Shown here piece after piece: positions 42,891 to 49,251 of a stretch of DNA of 49,251 nucleotides. The notes beneath the pieces are model-generated. The model was not told the DNA's origin, searched no databases, and saw nothing but the letters and a program-made list of their open reading frames with translations. This DNA is from a virus. Lineage: Duplodnaviria; Caudoviricetes. Within the stretch, counting starts at the first letter, position 1. Every line of letters begins with the position of its first letter. The translations under genes were made by a program, and so were the position numbers. The DNA lies in IMG/VR virus record IMGVR_UViG_3300010219_000069, positions 1 to 49,251 of that record. One strand, 5' to 3'.

Positions 42891-43342
42891 CCATGAGCGA
42901 CCTCGACGCACGTTCCTTCGTCAAGCGCCAAGGCAGGCTCGTTCCGGCCGATATCATGGCTGACGAGCTGCTCGGCGGCATCCCTGAGGGCCGCGAGGTG
43001 CTGGTCAGCATCCGGCGCCCTCGAAACCCAAAGCATCATCGACTGCTCTTCGCCCTGCTCCGGAAGGTGCGGGACAACAGTGACCAATGGGACAGTGACC
43101 AGGCGCTCCTTGATGATCTGAAACTCGCCACGGGGCTCTTCGAGACACGGGTCAACCTCGTGACTAAGAAGGCCTACGCAGTCCCTGGATCCATCAGCTT
43201 CGCCAGCATGAGCCAAGATCAGTTCCGCGTGTGGTTCGATCAGGTGCTTGTGGTGCTGGCGACGAACGTCCTCGGCTGCATGACGGAGGAACTGAGAGCT
43301 GAAATCATGGAGATGGTTGAGCCGTCGCGGAGGGTCGCATGA
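42887..43342 (+). CDS. DUF1367 / NinB-like protein
   Basis: RPRNPKHHRLLFALL...PGSISFASMSQDQF. Confidence 0.78.
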   Translation: MTMSDLDARSFVKRQGRLVPADIMADELLGGIPEGREVLVSIRRPRNPKHHRLLFALLRKVRDNSDQWDSDQALLDDLKLATGLFETRVNLVTKKAYAVPGSISFASMSQDQFRVWFDQVLVVLATNVLGCMTEELRAEIMEMVEPSRRVA

Positions 43343-43716
43343 CAGAAGATGTCGGCACCACTCCCCGCAAGCCGCTCACACCTACCCAGCGCCTGAAGCT
43401 CTTCGAGGCATTCCAGGGTCGCTGCGTCCTCTGCGATCGCAAGATCGAGGCAGGCGAGCCGTGGATTGACGAGCACCTTCGCGCCCTCGGTCTCGGCGGG
43501 ACGAACGCAGCAGAGAACCGCGGCCCGGCTCACAAGGCCTGCGCTGATCTGAAGACCCACGGCAAGGACGGCGACCTTGCGCGGATTGCCAAGGCCAAGC
43601 GCGTGAAGATGCGCCATCTGGGCATCCGGCAGCGCAAAGGCCCGCCAATCCCCGGCAGCAAGGACTCGCCATGGAAGCGGAAGATGGATGGCACGCTTGA
43701 GCGGAGGTCGAAGTGA
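43339..43716 (+). CDS. HNH endonuclease (early region)
   Basis: GRCVLC...W..EH...L.LGG....N..PAH..C...KT; WKRKMDG tail. Confidence 0.8.
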   Translation: MTEDVGTTPRKPLTPTQRLKLFEAFQGRCVLCDRKIEAGEPWIDEHLRALGLGGTNAAENRGPAHKACADLKTHGKDGDLARIAKAKRVKMRHLGIRQRKGPPIPGSKDSPWKRKMDGTLERRSK

Positions 43717-43834
43717 TCTGCTCGAGCCAAAAAGAAAGGCCGCAACAACGCCGCGACCTTAGCCCCAAGTCTCGTTCTTTGATGTCGAGACGAACCCCTT
43801 ACCGGTCCGCCGAAATTGACTGTGCCTCGACATG

Positions 43835-43850
43835 GTTAACGAAGCGTTAA
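43835..43850. promoter_or_regulatory. CtrA-binding consensus
   Basis: GTTAA-cgaagcg-TTAA, i.e. TTAA-N7-TTAAC on the minus strand; intergenic, upstream of ATG 43885. Confidence 0.6.
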
Positions 43851-43884
43851 TGCCCCCTTTATCGCCAAGCCTCGTGAGGACCAG

Positions 43885-44559
43885 ATGAGCACCGAACTTG
43901 TGAAACTCGCAGCCGACCTGGAAAGTCTACAAGAGATGGTCCGGCAGTCCGGTAACAGCCACGAAGAGACCGCAGCCCTTGAACAACTCCACCGGAAGTT
44001 AACGCAGAACCTCGACACGATCATCTCCGCTCTTCAGGCATCTGGCGAGATGAGAACGGGCGGCGACGTTGTTCTCGGGACAATCACCGAACTAGATTTT
44101 GATGACGACGAGGGCACGCTTGTCACATTCAGGGTTCCGGCAGAGACAAGATGGCACGTCGGGCAATACGCAATCTCTGCCGCTTCCGCCATTCAGGCCC
44201 AGGGACAGACGGATATGGTGAGGGTGCCGAATGATGTAGCTCGCCTGGTCGTAGCAGCTCGTGTCGTTGCGTATCAAAGTCAAGGTCCAGAGGCTCTAGC
44301 AGCGCTAGACAAAGCCGCAGAGGCATTCGCTTCGCGCGTTCCCTGGGATGATGAGCCCACCGAAGAGGAGCAGGGCCCTCAGAGTGAAGAGATGGTCCTG
44401 ACGGTTGGCGAGGCTACAGACGAGATGCGTCGTGCCGGTATGGAAGAATGGGACAGGCGAATGAAAAGCGGGTCCATCTCATGGTTCGCCATGATGGGCC
44501 ATTTATACCGCGCCATGATCGCCGCCGCCCCTACAGCCGTTCAAAGGGAGGCGGAGTGA
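43885..44559 (+). CDS. Mosaic phage hypothetical protein
   Basis: GAGGA RBS; C-terminal ATDEM..AG...YRAMIAAAP module common in phage early genes. Confidence 0.7.
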   Translation: MSTELVKLAADLESLQEMVRQSGNSHEETAALEQLHRKLTQNLDTIISALQASGEMRTGGDVVLGTITELDFDDDEGTLVTFRVPAETRWHVGQYAISAASAIQAQGQTDMVRVPNDVARLVVAARVVAYQSQGPEALAALDKAAEAFASRVPWDDEPTEEEQGPQSEEMVLTVGEATDEMRRAGMEEWDRRMKSGSISWFAMMGHLYRAMIAAAPTAVQREAE

Positions 44560-44834
44560 TGTCTAAACGCATCGTAGAAGTCACATTCAACGTTGAAGTT
44601 GAGATGGACGACAGCAAGTTCACGCCGGAGTTCATGGAGGAGTTCCGCGAAACCTTCTTCCGGTTTGAGACACTCGACGAGCACGCAGAGCACTTGGCTT
44701 GGCTCGCTGTCCGTGAGCGTCTTGATGAGAACTTCACCGAAGGATACGGCCCGTTGAACGACATGGGCATCAAAGTCACCGTCCGCGACGATGTATTGAC
44801 GGTTGGCGTCGTAGAGACGGAGTCCACCCCATGA
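44559..44834 (+). CDS. Acidic hypothetical protein
   Basis: MSKRIVEV...FTPEFMEEF...EGYG; coupled. Confidence 0.7.
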   Translation: MSKRIVEVTFNVEVEMDDSKFTPEFMEEFRETFFRFETLDEHAEHLAWLAVRERLDENFTEGYGPLNDMGIKVTVRDDVLTVGVVETESTP

Positions 44835-46621
44835 CACACTCCAAGGACTTTGGCGAGAAGAGGAGGGCGGAAGAGGGATATGTGCCCTCCGTCGCTTCTG
44901 ACGAAGCTCCTCGGGAAAGCTCAATGGCAGGCGAGGCCAGTCGCTATGTCGCGCCGCCTAATCTGCCGCGCGTCCCGATCCGCTTCATGCGCCCGGTCGG
45001 CGATACCTTCAAGGATATGCAGCGCCACGCCCAACAAAGCGAACTCTACAAGATCGGGGACGCGATCCTAGTGTGGGTCAACGAGGGCGACTTCTGGATG
45101 AATTTCCCGGTCGAGTTCCCGCAGCCTAGCGTCAGCGATGAGCAGCCGAAGGCCGAAGACCCGAAGGGTCTGAGTGGCGAAGCCATGCCAGCGCGGTCGG
45201 CGTCAGCCGAGACGCCCTCCTCCCCCGCACCCGACAGCGGAGAGGTGGAGAAGCTGATTGAGGGCTTCCAGGCCTGGATGACAATTGAGGAGGCAGAGTT
45301 CGCTAAGAATAATCTGCGCTCCGCCCTCGCCTCATACCAGAAGAAGGTCGAGGAACAGGCAGAGCGCATCAAGGAATTGGAAGACCTATTTGACCTCCGT
45401 CACGAGGCGGATATGCGAGCCATTAAGGAGTGGCAGGAAGTCACAGGCCAGACGCTTACATGGCCTGATCATGCCGACTTGTGCGTGTTCCTCATGACCG
45501 CGCTCTCGCTTGAAGCGCAAAACAAGGAAGCCGCCGAGAAGAGGGTCGAGGAACTGACGGCAGAGCGGGATGAGGCGGATCACGTTCTCAATGAGGAGCG
45601 CGAGCGGAACCTCGCGAATGTCAAAACGTGGGTGGCGCAGCTTCAAGCAGGTAGCGACACCATCGCATCCCTCACCACCCGCCTCGATAGCATGAAGAAG
45701 GCGCTGAAATCCGCCTTGTATTGGGGCGACCGCATTCGCACCGTTCAGAAGAACCTTGGTCAGATCGCACATGAAGCAGCTTCATACGCTCACTGCGACG
45801 ACCCCAGCGCATGGCGAGACATGAAGTACATTCACGAACTGGCGACAGAAGCCAACGATGAACTGGAGGCTCTTAGCGTCAGCGATGTCCGCCGCGAAGC
45901 GGGCGAGACCGTAGGGCTCGATCCGAAGGACGACAGCGCGGTGCCCGCAGGGCAGACGCCCTCTCCCCCTCCCGCCTCCGAAGGGGATGAGGTGGAGGGG
46001 GTGATTGCCCGCCTGAAACTCAATGCCGCGAACACGTATGCCAGGATTAAGCCGCAAGGCTTCACCGGCACGATCGAAGATACGACAGACTGGCAAGCCG
46101 CCACTCTCCTCACCCGCCTCAAGCAGGAGCGGGACGACTATGAGAGGCTTTTCGCTGAGATCCATCAGATGCGGGATCATTGGCAGGACGAAGCACTGCG
46201 AGCGCATGAACGCGCCGAAGCCCTCCAGGCCGAGGGAGAGAAGCTGCGGAATGAGCTTGATGCTCTCGCGTCCAGCCACCGCGATTTAGGCCGCCGTCTT
46301 GCAGACATGGGTGAGGAGAACACCGCCCTCCAGGCCGAGAATGAGAGGCTGAAGGAGGAGATACGTCGTCACGAACGTGGCGAGGATGAAGGGTATCAAA
46401 CAGCCCTCCAAGAAATCGCCACCCTCACCGCTCGCCTCGATAGCATGACGAAGGCGCTGGAGCCGTTCAAGCGGCAAGCAGATGAGTGGGATGTGCACGA
46501 CTGGATGCATGATGATGTCCAGATTGTCTGCACCTTGGCTGCTGGTCAGCCGACACACATCACAGCAGGCGATTTCCGCCGTGCCCGCGCCGCCCTCAAT
46601 CCCAAGGGAGAGAGCAAGTGA
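44831..46621 (+). CDS. Large mosaic coiled-coil early protein (Ead/Ea22-like position) with internal repeats
   Basis: 596 aa; repeated IA(S/T)LT(T/A)RLDSM(K/T)KAL and ALQAE; two embedded hairpin elements; ends FRRARAAL. Confidence 0.7.
   Translation: MTHSKDFGEKRRAEEGYVPSVASDEAPRESSMAGEASRYVAPPNLPRVPIRFMRPVGDTFKDMQRHAQQSELYKIGDAILVWVNEGDFWMNFPVEFPQPSVSDEQPKAEDPKGLSGEAMPARSASAETPSSPAPDSGEVEKLIEGFQAWMTIEEAEFAKNNLRSALASYQKKVEEQAERIKELEDLFDLRHEADMRAIKEWQEVTGQTLTWPDHADLCVFLMTALSLEAQNKEAAEKRVEELTAERDEADHVLNEERERNLANVKTWVAQLQAGSDTIASLTTRLDSMKKALKSALYWGDRIRTVQKNLGQIAHEAASYAHCDDPSAWRDMKYIHELATEANDELEALSVSDVRREAGETVGLDPKDDSAVPAGQTPSPPPASEGDEVEGVIARLKLNAANTYARIKPQGFTGTIEDTTDWQAATLLTRLKQERDDYERLFAEIHQMRDHWQDEALRAHERAEALQAEGEKLRNELDALASSHRDLGRRLADMGEENTALQAENERLKEEIRRHERGEDEGYQTALQEIATLTARLDSMTKALEPFKRQADEWDVHDWMHDDVQIVCTLAAGQPTHITAGDFRRARAALNPKGESK
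45127..45219 (+). repeat. Four-hairpin structured element, copy 1
   Basis: TAGCGTCAGCGATG..gccGAAggc..gacccGAAgggtc..tggcGAAgcca..CAGCGCGGT cggcGTCAgccg AGACGCCCTC. Confidence 0.8.
45874..45963 (+). repeat. Four-hairpin structured element, copy 2
   Basis: TAGCGTCAGCGATG..ccgcGAAgcgg..cgagaccGTAgggctcg..tccGAAgga..CAGCGCGGT gcccGCAgggc AGACGCCCTC. Confidence 0.8.
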
Positions 46622-46752
46622 GCATCATCGCAGGACTGCTTTCAGCCATTCTCGTGGCGCTCATCTGGATCTTGTATGCGCTGGTGCGCCTCGAAAGGGC
46701 CATCACCGAAGCATCCCGCGCCGCCCTCCAACCGACAAAGGCCGAGCCATGA
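46618..46752 (+). CDS. Small membrane peptide (44 aa)
   Basis: GTG start overlaps the upstream stop; IIAGLLSAILVALIWILYALV; stop overlaps the next ATG. Confidence 0.5.
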   Translation: MSIIAGLLSAILVALIWILYALVRLERAITEASRAALQPTKAEP

Positions 46753-47195
46753 GCAAGCTGCTGGACCTCAAGCAACAGATCGAGACGGCGGATAAGGGGG
46801 CGCAGGAACTGGATGAGCGCATTCATGCGGCCCTGCGTTCCGATGACAACTGGTGGCAGTGCATCGTCAAAGGTCGAGCCTTGGTGGCCGAGGGCAAGGA
46901 CGAGGCTGTCATTGAGGATGAACGCGGCAACCGCATGATGGCCGGTAGCTGGGCTCGCGGATGCTGCGTGCCTGCATACACCGCCTCCCTCGATGCTGCC
47001 CTCGCACTCGTAGAGAGGCTACTGCCGGGGTGGCTGCCTTATGTTGAAAAACTGAGGGATGATCGCTGGTTCGCGGGCATCAGGGTCGATGAAACAGCAT
47101 ACGTCGGGTCTCGTTCGGCATTCGCCGCCACACCCGCCCTCGCCCTTCTCTCCGCTCTTCTCTCAGCCCTCACCGCTAAGGAGCAGGGGAAATGA
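46749..47195 (+). CDS. Phage hypothetical protein
   Basis: ELDERI...PAYTASLDAALALVERLLPGW...ATPALALLSALL pattern. Confidence 0.72.
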   Translation: MSKLLDLKQQIETADKGAQELDERIHAALRSDDNWWQCIVKGRALVAEGKDEAVIEDERGNRMMAGSWARGCCVPAYTASLDAALALVERLLPGWLPYVEKLRDDRWFAGIRVDETAYVGSRSAFAATPALALLSALLSALTAKEQGK

Positions 47196-47974
47196 GTGTG
47201 GCATCGTTTGCAACCGAAGCCGAACTCTGCGCCGTTTTCATCGAGGCCGCGACGAAGGACGGCACTTGGAAGGCCTATCCGGAGACGGCAGGCTTCGATA
47301 TCCTCTTGGTCCGGAATGATAGCGTCCAGATCGGGATCGAAGCCAAACTGACCCTGAACGCGAAGGTGCTGGCCCAGATCCTCCCCGATCACATCAGCTA
47401 TTCCTATGCCGCCACCGGGCCTGACTACCGAGCTGTTCTGGTTCCAGATGGCAAAGATGGGGCGCTCCGCTCTGTCTGTGCCGCGCTCGGCATTACAGTG
47501 ATCACTTGCAGGCACGGCACACTTGAGCACTGGTGGTCTCGCTTCCAGCCCTATCTTCCGCATGGCCGATACGAGACGAGCGACTGGCACGAATGGGCGC
47601 CGATGAGCCGGTGCGAACTGCCCGACTATGTGCCGGATGTTTCTGCTGGCGTTGCTGCGCCTGTCGCGTTGTCCCTGTGGAAGGTCAGAGCGATCAAACT
47701 CGCGATCATCCTTGAAGAACGCCCGGTGACGAGGGCTGATTTCAAAGCCCTGGGATTGTCGCCTTCGCGGTGGACCGATCCCTGGACAGGATGGCTGCGG
47801 AAAACCGATCAGGGCTATGTCGCCGGCCCCCACATGCCTGACTTCAGGGCCCAACATCCTAGAAACTACGAAGAGATCAAGGCTGACAAGGATCAGTGGA
47901 TGCCGAAAGCTGTACCGCTTCCGGTGCAGCTCCCGCTACAGCCCGCTTCTCTTCCTCTTGGACAGGGGGAATAG
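47192..47974 (+). CDS. Hypothetical protein with PD-(D/E)xK-like motif
   Basis: YPETAGFDILLV....IGIEAKL. Confidence 0.6.
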   Translation: MSVASFATEAELCAVFIEAATKDGTWKAYPETAGFDILLVRNDSVQIGIEAKLTLNAKVLAQILPDHISYSYAATGPDYRAVLVPDGKDGALRSVCAALGITVITCRHGTLEHWWSRFQPYLPHGRYETSDWHEWAPMSRCELPDYVPDVSAGVAAPVALSLWKVRAIKLAIILEERPVTRADFKALGLSPSRWTDPWTGWLRKTDQGYVAGPHMPDFRAQHPRNYEEIKADKDQWMPKAVPLPVQLPLQPASLPLGQGE

Positions 47975-47975
47975 A

Positions 47976-48224
47976 ATGGGACAGGCTGAGCGTTCCCGAT
48001 TGCTCACTCGTGAAGAAGCCGCGGCTCACTGTAAGCTGAGCCCGTCAGGCTTCTCAAGGTGGGTAGCCCAAGGGAGGCTGCCCAAGCCCCTCCCCGGCAC
48101 GCGCCGCTGGGACGCAAGGGCTATCGACCGGGCACTGGACAGGCTTTCCGGCTTATCCGACTCTGAGGCGGGACAAAGCGCCTATGAGCGGTGGAGGGCC
48201 GGCCGGAATGCGCGTCATGCTTAA
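47976..48224 (+). CDS. Excisionase (AlpA/MerR-type HTH)
   Basis: LLTREEAAAHCKLS...F..WV..GRLPKP...RRWD; overlaps the integrase start. Confidence 0.8.
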   Translation: MGQAERSRLLTREEAAAHCKLSPSGFSRWVAQGRLPKPLPGTRRWDARAIDRALDRLSGLSDSEAGQSAYERWRAGRNARHA

Positions 48225-49251
48225 AGGGGTTCATCGGGTGCCGCGGAAGCTCGCGGACGGCACCAGGACAACCTATTACTATGCCTGGAGAGGCGGACCA
48301 CGGCTCCGCGGAGAGCCCGGCAGCCCCGAGTTCATCGAGAGCTATCAGGAAGCCCACCGCGGGCGCAAAACCGCCTCTGACGGCACCCTGCACCAGCTCG
48401 TGACGGAGTTCCGCGGCAGCAGCGAGTACAAGGGGCTCTCCGAGCACTCCAAGCGGGCCTATCAGACCTATCTGAACCTGATCGACGCCGAATTCGGGGA
48501 TCTCCCGCTTGAGGCTCTGACGGCGCCCGAGATCCGCGGCGATTTCAAGGCCTGGCGCGACGGCATGGCCGATACGCCGCGGAAAGCAGATTACGCCTGG
48601 ACGGTTCTCGCTCGCGTCCTATCGGTCGCCAAGGACCGCGGACGGATTACCGTCAATCCATGCGAGCGCGGCGGGCGGCTCTACAAGGCGGAACGGGCTG
48701 AAAAGCTCTGGACTGCGGAGCACATCACGCGGTTCATGGATGTCGCGTCGGAGGAACTGCAACTGGCTCTCGTGCTGGCCCTCTGGACGGGACAGAGGCA
48801 GGGCGACCTCCTGCGGCTCCCCTGGTCAGCCTATGACGGCAAAACGATCAAGGTGAAGCAGTCGAAGACCGGTCGCCGTGTCGTGATCCCTGTCGGCCCC
48901 ACGCTGCGCGATCATCTCACCGCGGCGAAGCGCCGAGCCATTACGATCCTCACCAACACCGAGGGCAACACATGGACCTCGGACGGCTTCAGGGCGTCAT
49001 GGGGCAAGGCATGCGAGCGGGCGGAGATTGATGACGTGACCTTCCACGATATCCGCGGCTCCGCGGTGACCCGCTTGGCTCTGGCGGGAGCCAGCGTACC
49101 TGAGATTGCGTCTCTGACGGGGCATTCGTTGAAGGATGTCGAGGTCATCTTGGACACCCATTATTTGGGCCGCGATGTGAAACTTGCAGAGGCCGCGATG
49201 AGAAAACGCGAGAGGAAGGAAAAGCGAACGAAGTCTGTAAAACAAGTGTAA
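48208..49251 (+). CDS. int: Tyrosine integrase
   Basis: TGQRQGDL (R), QSKT (K), FHDIR (HxxR), TGH and HYL (Y) catalytic residues. Confidence 0.96.
   Translation: MRVMLKGVHRVPRKLADGTRTTYYYAWRGGPRLRGEPGSPEFIESYQEAHRGRKTASDGTLHQLVTEFRGSSEYKGLSEHSKRAYQTYLNLIDAEFGDLPLEALTAPEIRGDFKAWRDGMADTPRKADYAWTVLARVLSVAKDRGRITVNPCERGGRLYKAERAEKLWTAEHITRFMDVASEELQLALVLALWTGQRQGDLLRLPWSAYDGKTIKVKQSKTGRRVVIPVGPTLRDHLTAAKRRAITILTNTEGNTWTSDGFRASWGKACERAEIDDVTFHDIRGSAVTRLALAGASVPEIASLTGHSLKDVEVILDTHYLGRDVKLAEAAMRKRERKEKRTKSVKQV

Larger units (their letters stand above)
1417..49251. mobile_element. Temperate siphovirus-like prophage integrated at tRNA-Lys(CTT); right att lies beyond the window
   Basis: att core at left; lysis, tail, head, packaging, replication, immunity and xis/int modules in lambdoid order. 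Confidence 0.96.

Noticed and set aside
45127-45963. CRISPR array or tRNA-like genes as explanation for the hairpin repeats
   Set aside because: Only two copies 747 bp apart, with variable stems, no cas genes and no T-loop or CCA

Overview
The window is almost entirely one apparently near-complete temperate siphovirus-type prophage (~1417 to beyond 49251) of an alphaproteobacterium. The host is probably Hyphomicrobiales, inferred from a GapR homologue and from Alphaproteobacteria-type LexA and CtrA boxes. Left of the prophage lie a host GntR/HutC regulator and a decayed IS6 remnant. The left boundary is the 3' half of tRNA-Lys(CTT), the att core; xis/int end the window, so the intact tRNA is expected just outside it. 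Minus strand (right to left): cro/cII, GapR, VRR-NUC, MTase, replication genes with 11-bp iterons, NusG-type antiterminator, HNH/terminase, protease-capsid fusion placed before the portal, neck, tail with a -1 frameshift chaperone, three paralogous tail-tip genes, tail fibre, lysis genes. Plus strand: cI, a DUF2335 two-gene cassette, the pL early/recombination operon, and an OafA-type acyltransferase moron. The most unusual signal is a ~90-nt element present twice in frame inside the mosaic early ORF 44831-46621. Each copy has invariant linkers and four short hairpins with C-GNA-G (once C-GTCA-G) loops whose stems differ in sequence but keep pairing. All calls are from motif recognition by eye; no database searches were run.
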